Positions 50,061 to 58,090 of a stretch of 64,000 bases of DNA are shown one piece after another. The DNA comes from Nannocystales bacterium (GTDB taxonomy: Bacteria > Myxococcota_A > Polyangia > Nannocystales > Nannocystaceae), in NCBI GenBank assembly GCA_050633305.1, contig JBOEGF010000010.1, positions 416,001 through 480,000 of the forward strand, read 5' to 3'. The stretch's first letter is position 1. Every line of letters starts with the position of its first letter. Under the pieces are notes generated by a model. It did no database searches. It was not told the origin of the DNA and worked only from the letters and a program-made list of their open reading frames with translations. The position numbers were made by a program, and so were the translations under genes.

Positions 50061-51032
50061 TCAACGACAGGGCGGTTCGACCTGCTCGGCGATGTCGTGA
50101 AGAACCTGGCTCGCATCTTCGTTGACGGGTTGGACTCCCTCGACGGCGTCCAGCGAGACTCCGGTCAAGGCGACGAAGAAGACACTGGCGTTGAGGTACG
50201 TGCCCACAACAGACGGGTGATACTCGTCCCCGCCCCAGGGGTAGTACATTTCGCCGTCGGGGGAGGACCAGAGCGTTTGCCAGGCTTGCCCGGCTGGGAC
50301 CACCCGAGCCCCGGTGAGATCGGACAGCATCCGGTAGCCGTCACTCACCGCGTTCTGCATCTCGTCAGGATTAGTGTATCCGAAGTTCGGGTCGTCCCAG
50401 ATGTCGTGCACCCAGGAGCGCGCCCAGGTTTCGTACAGCAGCGGTTCAGCCCCCGCTTCCTCGATCCAGCCGACGAGCGTCTCCCCGTTTTGGAGGAAGC
50501 CGTCGAGATCGGTGAGTGTCTCGAGGCTGTGTCCTTGAATCACCACGTAGTCCCAGGCTTGGCTTTCGAGGATCGGAAGCGTGGCTTCGTTCTGGACGTG
50601 AAAGGACAGTGGTTGCCCCCCCTGGGTCAGGGAGTCCGTCTCAATGGGGATTCCCGCGTCCTCGCCGAGCCCGGAGACCATGCCCGGCAGGTCGTTGGAG
50701 AAGGTGAAGCTGTTCCCCAAGAAGAGCACCGCCAGCGACTCCGGGGGATCGCAGACGACAGCCGGGCCAGACGAGCTACTCTCGTCCGCGGACGTGCTGC
50801 TCGCACCGGTGGTCTCGCCGGCTTCGGTCGTTCCTCCACTCGAAGTGTTCGAGTTGCCCTCGCTCGTCGAGCCCGATGTCGAACTTGGGGACACCGTCAC
50901 CGAGGAGTCATCGTACGTCGAGGTCGCCGTGCCGCCGTCGGTGTCGGTGGCCGTTGCGCTCGAACCGGCGCCGCTCCCACAGGCAGCCGCCGTGAACGAG
51001 AGCGCAAAGATGCAAACCCAGGAGCGTCGCAT
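50061..51032 (-). CDS. SGNH/GDSL hydrolase lipoprotein
   Basis: Lipobox TAAAC; VLFLGNSFT, WDYVVIQG, DEYHPS. Confidence 0.8.
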   Translation of the reverse strand: MRRSWVCIFALSFTAAACGSGAGSSATATDTDGGTATSTYDDSSVTVSPSSTSGSTSEGNSNTSSGGTTEAGETTGASSTSADESSSSGPAVVCDPPESLAVLFLGNSFTFSNDLPGMVSGLGEDAGIPIETDSLTQGGQPLSFHVQNEATLPILESQAWDYVVIQGHSLETLTDLDGFLQNGETLVGWIEEAGAEPLLYETWARSWVHDIWDDPNFGYTNPDEMQNAVSDGYRMLSDLTGARVVPAGQAWQTLWSSPDGEMYYPWGGDEYHPSVVGTYLNASVFFVALTGVSLDAVEGVQPVNEDASQVLHDIAEQVEPPCR

Positions 51033-51317
51033 GCCCGGAGCGTCGCATGCCCGTTCGGGCCGGGCGGCGTCGATTGTGTGGTCCACGGCAACTTCCGCGC
51101 TTGTCGCCGGGGCCGTGTTCGAGGATGCGAGCCCTCGCCACGGATGACACGGTTTCGTGACTCGGTGGCGTCCAGGGCCGCGGCGCACGCGGGCCTCTCC
51201 GGCGTCCGGAGCATGCGCTCGGGTCCGCACGGATGACCGGGGCGCGGACCGAAGAGGACGCTCGGATGACCGCTTCGGACCTCGTTGGCCGATGCCGTGT
51301 CCTGTGTTCTCGTGGGC

Positions 51318-51977
51318 ATGAAATATCGCCTGCTGCTCGTCTCCTCTGTGCTCACGCTCGGCTGGTCGTCGGTTGCTCATGCATCTACAGAACCCTCGGA
51401 GCCGGTCGCCTCGAGCCCGGCTCAGCCGACTTCGGAGGGTCCTGCCGAGGTCGAGCCCAAGCGGGAGCGCGCCGCGTCTTGGCTCGACTACAAGCGAGGG
51501 CCGGCGTTCGAGGTCAACGTCCTGTGGCCGTTCTTCCCCGGAGGCATCGTGGACCTCAAGGTTGTGATCCCCGTGCTGCGACGCGACTACGCGAACTGGA
51601 GGGGAGAGCTCATCACGGGTCTACACAGCGACTTTGAGTGGCGCTTCATTCGGGATGACCGGGACAACTACGGGCAAGTCGCGTTTCTCGGGGTGAAGCT
51701 GGGCTGGCGCCAGTTCCTCGCCTACGGGTTGCACGTGGACCTCACGGTCAATGCCGGTTGGCGCCACGAGCGGGACAACCCTCATGCGACCGGGACCATC
51801 AACTCGTTTCAGGGACGGTTCTGGGGATTCGCCGGCTATCAGCACGAGTTCACCCGTCGTGTGTACGCCAACCTCCGCGGGGGCCTCGGTGTCCACCTGT
51901 GGCGGACGGACGAACTCGCCCACCGAGAACGGCAGTTCGCCGGCGGTGCCGATCTCAACCTGGGCCTGCGCTTCTAG
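51318..51977 (+). CDS. Putative outer-membrane beta-barrel protein
   Basis: Signal peptide (AHA); alternating beta strands; C-terminal LNLGLRF. Confidence 0.7.
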   Translation: MKYRLLLVSSVLTLGWSSVAHASTEPSEPVASSPAQPTSEGPAEVEPKRERAASWLDYKRGPAFEVNVLWPFFPGGIVDLKVVIPVLRRDYANWRGELITGLHSDFEWRFIRDDRDNYGQVAFLGVKLGWRQFLAYGLHVDLTVNAGWRHERDNPHATGTINSFQGRFWGFAGYQHEFTRRVYANLRGGLGVHLWRTDELAHRERQFAGGADLNLGLRF

Positions 51978-52060
51978 TTCGGATCTCTCATCTGTGGGGC
52001 GGACTTCCGCGCGCGGTTGCGCGGTACTCTCGAGGTCTGCCGCTCCGAGGATGACCGACG

Positions 52061-53317
52061 ATGATCGTTGAACCAACCGCTGGAAAGTCTCCGCCCGATT
52101 CGTCTGCAGACACGATGATGGCCAGTGGCGCGCAGACCTTGGATGCGCCCCACCAAGTGGCGTCGCAGCGGGGGCAGGGGGGGTCCCGGCCAACGACCAG
52201 TCGGATGGGGAGCGTGCTCCCCGAGGTGCGCTCCAAGGGAGAGACACTGGTGCTCGTTCCACGGGACGCGACGCGGTACGTGCACGACCAGCTGCTCGGG
52301 CGCGGTGGCATGGGCGAGGTCCAGCTCGCGACCGATCACGACATCGGCCGGAAAGTTGCTGTGAAGCGGGTACTCGCGGCTGACAACCCTCACGCGGTGG
52401 CACGCTTCATCGACGAGATCCGGACCGTCGGCAACCTCGAGCACCCCAACATCGTGCCGATCCACGACGTGGGGGTGGACGACGATGGCGCGCTGTTCTT
52501 CGTCATGAAGTACGTCGAGGGGGAAACGCTCGCCGATGTGATCGGCAAGCTCGCGGCCGGGGACTCGGCCTATCACGCCCGCTACTCGTTCGAACACCGG
52601 CTCGAGCTGTTCGCGGGACTGCTGCGCGCCCTGAAGTACGCGCACAGTCGGGGTCTGGTCCACCGCGACATCAAGCCCGAGAACATCATGGTCGGGGCGT
52701 TCGGTGAGGTGATGTTGATGGACTGGGGCATCGCGCATCAGCTCGATGCCGACAAGAGAGTCACGCTTGCGGTCAGCCCCGTGCCGCGAGTCGCCAAGGC
52801 GGCTGCGGAAGGCACGGTGGTGGGGACGCCGCAGTACATGTCTCCGGAGCAAGCGGCGGGGGAGGTTGCGGGTCTCGACGGACGCTCCGACCTCTACAGC
52901 GCGTTCACGGTGCTGTTCGAGCTGCTGACGCTGACGCCGTACGTGCGCCCTGGGGGATCCGCAGTCCAGACCGTGCTCGCTGTCCAAGATCGAACGCTCC
53001 CCGGGGTCAGGGACGCGGTCTTCGACCACTCCGCGCAGCCAGCCGTGGCCGTAGAGCTTCGCCATTTTCTTCGGCACGGACTTGTACCCGCCAAGGACGA
53101 CCGATTTCCAGACGCGGCCGAGGCTCTCGCAGAACTCGAGCGGGTGCGAGCCGGCGACTTTGCAGTCGAGTGCGCGGTCACGCTGCTGAAGTCCAACAAC
53201 ACACGCCTGGGACGGTTTATGGATGAGTACCCGTCCGGCTCTCTCGTGCTGGCCGCGGGAACCGGTGCGGCGGTGCTTCTTGGGCTCGCGGGTTGGGTCG
53301 CGTTCGCACTGTCATAG
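52061..53317 (+). CDS. Ser/Thr protein kinase with C-terminal TM
   Basis: GRGGMGEV, HRDIKPEN, DWG, GTPQYMSPE. Confidence 0.9.
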   Translation: MIVEPTAGKSPPDSSADTMMASGAQTLDAPHQVASQRGQGGSRPTTSRMGSVLPEVRSKGETLVLVPRDATRYVHDQLLGRGGMGEVQLATDHDIGRKVAVKRVLAADNPHAVARFIDEIRTVGNLEHPNIVPIHDVGVDDDGALFFVMKYVEGETLADVIGKLAAGDSAYHARYSFEHRLELFAGLLRALKYAHSRGLVHRDIKPENIMVGAFGEVMLMDWGIAHQLDADKRVTLAVSPVPRVAKAAAEGTVVGTPQYMSPEQAAGEVAGLDGRSDLYSAFTVLFELLTLTPYVRPGGSAVQTVLAVQDRTLPGVRDAVFDHSAQPAVAVELRHFLRHGLVPAKDDRFPDAAEALAELERVRAGDFAVECAVTLLKSNNTRLGRFMDEYPSGSLVLAAGTGAAVLLGLAGWVAFALS

Positions 53318-53363
53318 TCGCTGGCGACCCTGGGCTTCCGGAGCCCGGGAACCGTGGCGTCGG

Positions 53364-54053
53364 CTACGACGGAGAGGCTGTCGCTTGTAGCGCTGCCTCG
53401 TCCAGCAACACCAGGCGGTTGTCTTCGAGCGTCAGCCATCCTGCGGCCATCCATGACCGCAGCTGCTTGTTCACCGACTGCCGCGTGGAGTTGGTGAGGT
53501 CGGCCAGCTCTTGCTGCGACAACGAAAGGGCCAGCACCGTTCCGTGGGGGCTTGGCTCAGCGCAGTCGCGCGCCAGCGTGAGCAGCATTCTGGCCAAGCG
53601 CTGGGGCATCGTGAGGGAGACCGTTTGTACGTGACGTCCAGCGAGGTGCAGGACGCGTTGCGCCAAGACGTCGAGGAGCTGCCGGGACAGTGTCGGGCAG
53701 CGTGGGAGCGCGCGCTCGAACGCGGTCTTCTCCACCAGGACGAGCACGGTCTCGGTGAGCGCAACAACCCGAGCAGCGCGAGGCTGCCCGAGAAGCAAGG
53801 CGGGGATCCCGAACACGTCTCCGGAGCTGAACAACCCCATCGTTGACGTCCGGCCCTCGGCAGTCGCAGCGACGACCTTGAGGTGGCCTGTCGCGACGCC
53901 GAGGAGGTGGCCTGCGGTGTCCCCCTCGTCGAGAACAATGCTCCTCGCATCGTAGCGCCGTGTTCGGGCGGCGGAGGCGATGATGCTGAGTTCGCTCGGC
54001 GGCAAGGCGGCGAAGATGTGGACGCGGCCCATCGCGAGCGCGAGCGATGACAC
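53364..54053 (-). CDS. Crp/Fnr family transcriptional regulator
   Basis: cNMP-binding fold (GDVFG...PRAA); LSQQELADLTNSTRQSVNK HTH. Confidence 0.88.
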   Translation of the reverse strand: MSSLALAMGRVHIFAALPPSELSIIASAARTRRYDARSIVLDEGDTAGHLLGVATGHLKVVAATAEGRTSTMGLFSSGDVFGIPALLLGQPRAARVVALTETVLVLVEKTAFERALPRCPTLSRQLLDVLAQRVLHLAGRHVQTVSLTMPQRLARMLLTLARDCAEPSPHGTVLALSLSQQELADLTNSTRQSVNKQLRSWMAAGWLTLEDNRLVLLDEAALQATASPS

Positions 54054-54170
54054 GTTGTGTTCATAACACGGGGCGGGGATGGGACCGCGTCGCTTCGCAC
54101 GCGTGATCTCCATGCGGGTGTCGGCCAGCCGACTCCTTCGATGTCGCGGCATCGCTATGCTGCTGCCTCG

Positions 54171-54596
54171 ATGCGTACCGGACGATGTCTCTGCGGACGT
54201 GTGACCTACGAGGCCGAGGGCGAGCCGGTCATCGTTGCCCATTGCCACTGTCGAACGTGTCAGCGACGCAGTGGTAGCGGGCACAGCACCGGGGCGATGT
54301 TCTCCGCGGACCAAGTACGAATCGAGGGCCAGACTGCCCAGCATCAGGGGACGAGTGACTTGGGGACGACGGTGACGCGGACGTTTTGCCCGTCATGCGG
54401 CAGCCCCATCTACGGACGGAACACCGGAGCGCCGGACTTCATCACGCTCACCGCCGGTACCTTCGACGACCCCGACACCCTCGCCCCTGAGGTGATCGTT
54501 TTCACCGAGGACCGCTGCGCATGGGACCCTATCGATCCCTCGCTCCCGGCGTTTGAGACCCAGCCCGCGTGGGACCCTGCCGCTGCGTCGAAGTAG
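54171..54596 (+). CDS. GFA (CENP-V) family protein
   Basis: GRCLCG, HCHCRTCQR, FCPSCGS. Confidence 0.9.
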   Translation: MRTGRCLCGRVTYEAEGEPVIVAHCHCRTCQRRSGSGHSTGAMFSADQVRIEGQTAQHQGTSDLGTTVTRTFCPSCGSPIYGRNTGAPDFITLTAGTFDDPDTLAPEVIVFTEDRCAWDPIDPSLPAFETQPAWDPAAASK

Positions 54597-54633
54597 GCGC
54601 ACGGGTGCTGGGACGGAGTGTTGACCGCGGAGA

Positions 54634-55452
54634 CTATCCCCCGGCAGGTCCTGCGAACCGCACCGCGAGCGACGCTGCGGTTTCGTCCTCCAACTCGATG
54701 TCGAAGTGTTCGAGCAACACCGCCTGCAGCCCCGGTCCGTCATCGACCTGCGACTCGGCCACGTCTGCGCCGCGCCGTACCTGGAGTCGCCCATTTCGAA
54801 GCGTGACCCGACCGCCGTCCGAGGCAGCGCGGGCCGCCATCAGCGAGCGGCGGAACGTCGAGTCCGGGTGCGTGCTCGTGTACCAATGCGCAACCTCGCG
54901 GTCGATGCGGGGCATCGGTCGCATCGAGAACTGGGCAACGTCCTCCCATCGGTCGCCCAGCTTTGCCTCGTGCATGTAGTCGTCCCCGAACCGCGTGATT
55001 CGACGGGGTTCGTGCGGGGTCGGTTGCTCCTCGTCGAGCGTGAAGCGGAGCGCGGCGGAGGATGATGCTCGCCCGATGCCGACGTCGGCCAACCATGTTT
55101 CCCCGTCGAGATCGACTCCGACGAATGCGTGTGTCGGCGCCGCCATCTCATCGCGTGACGCGCCGATGCGGGCCCTCGCGGCCAGGATGCGCGCGTCGTA
55201 GCCCAGAGTCTGAAGGACGGCGCACAGCAGCGTGTGGTGCTCAAAGCAGTAGCCACCGCGCCGACGTCGTACGAGCTTGTCTTCGAGCGCTACGAGTTCC
55301 AGCGGCATCGGTCGCTGCAGAAGCACGTCGAGGTTCTCGAAGGGGATCGCTCGGACATGGGCCTCGCAGAGGTTGTGAAGCACCGCGAGGTTGGGGTCCC
55401 GCGACCCCCGATAGCCGATGCGTTCGAGATAGGCGTCGACGCCAACGCTCAT
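54634..55452 (-). CDS. Arylamine N-acetyltransferase family protein
   Basis: AYLERIG, IPFENLD, RRGGYCFE; catalytic H and D (THA, ADVG). Confidence 0.92.
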   Translation of the reverse strand: MSVGVDAYLERIGYRGSRDPNLAVLHNLCEAHVRAIPFENLDVLLQRPMPLELVALEDKLVRRRRGGYCFEHHTLLCAVLQTLGYDARILAARARIGASRDEMAAPTHAFVGVDLDGETWLADVGIGRASSSAALRFTLDEEQPTPHEPRRITRFGDDYMHEAKLGDRWEDVAQFSMRPMPRIDREVAHWYTSTHPDSTFRRSLMAARAASDGGRVTLRNGRLQVRRGADVAESQVDDGPGLQAVLLEHFDIELEDETAASLAVRFAGPAGG

Positions 55453-55759
55453 CGAACAACCTCGTCCTCGTCGGTTGCGAAGGGGCCGCGTGGGGATGTC
55501 CCGCCTTGGTCGGCGGCCGTTGGCGCGCGCTCGGAGGTTCCGAGCACCTCGAGCTGCCCAGGTACAGGAAGGAGTGCGTGGCCCAGATCGTGTTCGCAGC
55601 GGGGCATGGCAGGCCTCGTATGCCGAGCGTTGCGTACGGTCAAGCGGGCGCTTGTCGGGTCTCGTTGACGCGGCGCAGCCGACGCGCGGCAGGTGAAACC
55701 CCAACCCGTGTCGCGCTGATGTGAACCCGCAGACCGCTAGGGAACGGGGCGGCCGGCTG

Positions 55760-55789
55760 CTGCAGTGTCCGGCTTCCCGGACACTGCAG
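55760..55789. promoter_or_regulatory. Perfect 13-bp inverted repeat (putative operator)
   Basis: CTGCAGTGTCCGG-CTTC-CCGGACACTGCAG. Confidence 0.55.
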
Positions 55790-55844
55790 AAACCCAAACA
55801 AAGCCTGCAACACCCCCGATGGGTGGCCGACAGGGACGGTGCCC

Positions 55845-56594
55845 ATGACCACCGTCGAACACCTCCCCGCACCTGCCCCTTCCCTTGGCGGATCTCGCAT
55901 CCTGGTTGTTCAGACTCGGCCGAGCTCGGTCCTCGGAATCGGCGCAGCAGTCGTGCGCACCGGCGCCCGGGTGAACGTGTGCCGGTCCAGCCACGCCGCG
56001 CTCGACATCATGAATTCACCGGGCAACGCGTTCGACGCGGCGGTCCTCGACGGAGAGTTGAACCGCGCCTCGCTCATGAGGCTCTCGCGGGCACTGCGCG
56101 AGGGCGCCCGGCCATGTCTGAGCGTCGGGGTGGGCACAGCCGGCGACGAGACCGCCGTCCGCCGTCTGGTCGAGGCTGGCGTCATGGAGCTCGTCATTCC
56201 GCCGCTTTCCGCCGAGGCAGTCGTTGACGCACTTGCTCGTTGCGTGGATGAAACGCGTCGGCTCCGCGACCGGGTTGTCGCCGGTCCTCGAGGCCTTCGA
56301 GAGGCGGGACGGCGACGCAGCCCGCCGCATTGGAGCCTGGCAAGCGGAACCCAGCCCGTGCCGCGTTTCAACCCGGACATCGAACAGGCTGTCGATCGCT
56401 ACGCCGTACTCGTGAGGCTGTCGCCGCGGGAGACCTCGGTCCTCAAGCTCATCGCCTTGGGATATCTCTACGACGAGATCGGCGAAGTCCTGTCGATCGC
56501 CAATCGCACGGTCAAGATGCACGCGGCGAACGTTCGCAAGAAGGTGGGCGCGCCCAACCGTATGGCGCTCGTTCGAAAGGTTCTCTGCGCGTGA
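55845..56594 (+). CDS. LuxR-type HTH regulator with degenerate receiver domain
   Basis: LSPRETSVLKLIALG...IANRTVKMH..NVRKKVG; N-terminal REC-like region lacking the DD pair and Lys. Confidence 0.85.
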   Translation: MTTVEHLPAPAPSLGGSRILVVQTRPSSVLGIGAAVVRTGARVNVCRSSHAALDIMNSPGNAFDAAVLDGELNRASLMRLSRALREGARPCLSVGVGTAGDETAVRRLVEAGVMELVIPPLSAEAVVDALARCVDETRRLRDRVVAGPRGLREAGRRRSPPHWSLASGTQPVPRFNPDIEQAVDRYAVLVRLSPRETSVLKLIALGYLYDEIGEVLSIANRTVKMHAANVRKKVGAPNRMALVRKVLCA

Positions 56595-56866
56595 GCGTGT
56601 CGACCGTCTTTGCGCTCGCGGTCACGGCTCTCCCCGTTCCGCCCCCGACCGCGCTGCCTCGCCACTGCGACGCCGAGGCCATCGACTGTGCCGAGGCGTG
56701 TGCCGACCAATGTGTGAGCGCGGAATGTCTGAGGCCTTGTCTTCGGTCTTGCAACCGCGAGTCCACCCGCTGCCGGCGTTCGGTTCGGCGTCAGCGAAAC
56801 CGGTCTCGTCGGAGGCGTCGCCATCGGGTCTCGAAGCCGCGGCGGTGTGCTCTACTGCCCCGGTGA
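56591..56866 (+). CDS. Small Cys-rich, Arg-tailed peptide (91 aa)
   Basis: GTGA overlaps at both ends; hydrophobic N-terminus; regularly spaced Cys. Confidence 0.5.
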   Translation: MSVSTVFALAVTALPVPPPTALPRHCDAEAIDCAEACADQCVSAECLRPCLRSCNRESTRCRRSVRRQRNRSRRRRRHRVSKPRRCALLPR

Positions 56867-57459
56867 GCATCGCGCACGAGGACGACGTAGAGTGGGTCTC
56901 GACCGAGCGAGGGACCGTCTTTGAGAACCGACGACGCGGACTGGCCGCGGCTGCCGGAGGATCCAAGCTCGGATGCACCCTCACCGAAGTGCCTCCGGGA
57001 AAAACCGCCTGGCCCTTTCATGCTCATCTCGGCAACGAGGAGGCGATCTATGTCCTGGAGGGGCACGCGACGCTTCGTCTCGGGGATCGAAGACACGCGC
57101 TGAAACCCGGAGACTACGTGGCGTTGCCTGCTCGGGCCGATGCGGCTCACCAGATCATCAATACCTCGGAGGCCCCCGTCCGCTACCTCGTGATGTCGAC
57201 GAAGAACGCGACCGACGTCGTCGTGTTTCCAGACTCGAAGAAGCACGGAATCTTCGCGGGTGGACCGGCCGGAAGCGGTTTCGACAGGCTGACCGCGTTC
57301 GTGCCGACCGATGCTTCGGTGGACTACTGGGACGACGAACCCTGTGGTGATGCAGAGGCCGTGGCCGAGGCAGCCGCGGCTGAGCAAGAGGCGGAGATCG
57401 AAGAGCTGGTCGACGACGAACTCGAGGCGATGAAGAAGCGTTTGAATCTCGAGGACTGA
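56863..57459 (+). CDS. Cupin domain protein
   Basis: PFHAHLGNEEAIYVLEG...PGDYV...AHQIIN. Confidence 0.88.
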   Translation: MSIAHEDDVEWVSTERGTVFENRRRGLAAAAGGSKLGCTLTEVPPGKTAWPFHAHLGNEEAIYVLEGHATLRLGDRRHALKPGDYVALPARADAAHQIINTSEAPVRYLVMSTKNATDVVVFPDSKKHGIFAGGPAGSGFDRLTAFVPTDASVDYWDDEPCGDAEAVAEAAAAEQEAEIEELVDDELEAMKKRLNLED

Positions 57460-57496
57460 CCCGTTTCAGGTCCTGCAGGGGCCGGGGCCCGACACC

Positions 57497-58057
57497 TCAA
57501 CCTTCCGACGCATCTACGCTCAATCCCTCGAGAGCGTTCAAGGTGCTGTCGAGGGCCTTGCGGGCGCGGGAGAGTCGGCTACGGACGGTGTTGGGGTTGA
57601 TGCCCAAGACCCGGCCAACCTCAGGGGCCGAGAGGTTCTCCCAGTACGTCAGCTCGACGGCGATCTGAAAGTCGACCGGGAGTTCGCGGAGCGCAGCGAC
57701 GAGTGCGGCGCGACCCTGATCTCGTGCGACTGCTTGACTCGGTGTGGTGCCGAGGTCGACCAACGAAACCTCGCTGAAGTTCAGCGGTTCCCCGCGTCGG
57801 TACTCCTTGCGCAGACGGTCGAGCAGGATTCGGCGGGCGATCACGAACAGGTAGGTTCGGAAGCTAGACTCTCCGCGAAACTGCTCGCGCCGTTCGACGC
57901 ATCGCAGCAGAACGTCTTGAACGAGGTCCTCGACCCCGCTGTCGACCTTGCTCCGGAAGAAATTGCACAGCGAGTCGAAGTGGCGGCGCATCAGCTCGTC
58001 GCCCGCATCGGTGTCGCCGCTTTTCCACCGGTCGAGGAGCGTGAAGTCGTCGGACAC
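57497..58057 (-). CDS. ECF RNA polymerase sigma factor (kinase-associated)
   Basis: VEDLVQDV, FRTYLFVIARR, ELTYWENLS, NTVRSRLSRAR. Confidence 0.9.
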   Translation of the reverse strand: MSDDFTLLDRWKSGDTDAGDELMRRHFDSLCNFFRSKVDSGVEDLVQDVLLRCVERREQFRGESSFRTYLFVIARRILLDRLRKEYRRGEPLNFSEVSLVDLGTTPSQAVARDQGRAALVAALRELPVDFQIAVELTYWENLSAPEVGRVLGINPNTVRSRLSRARKALDSTLNALEGLSVDASEG

Positions 58058-58090
58058 CGAGACAACACTGCGCTGGGCGAGGATGCTCCG

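Noticed and set aside
52061..53317. DWG instead of DFG suggesting a dead kinase
   Set aside because: The catalytic Asp, HRD and VAVK are intact; DWG is a tolerated variant
55449..55643. 64-aa ORF overlapping the NAT start (ATGA)
   Set aside because: No motif or convincing start; could be chance
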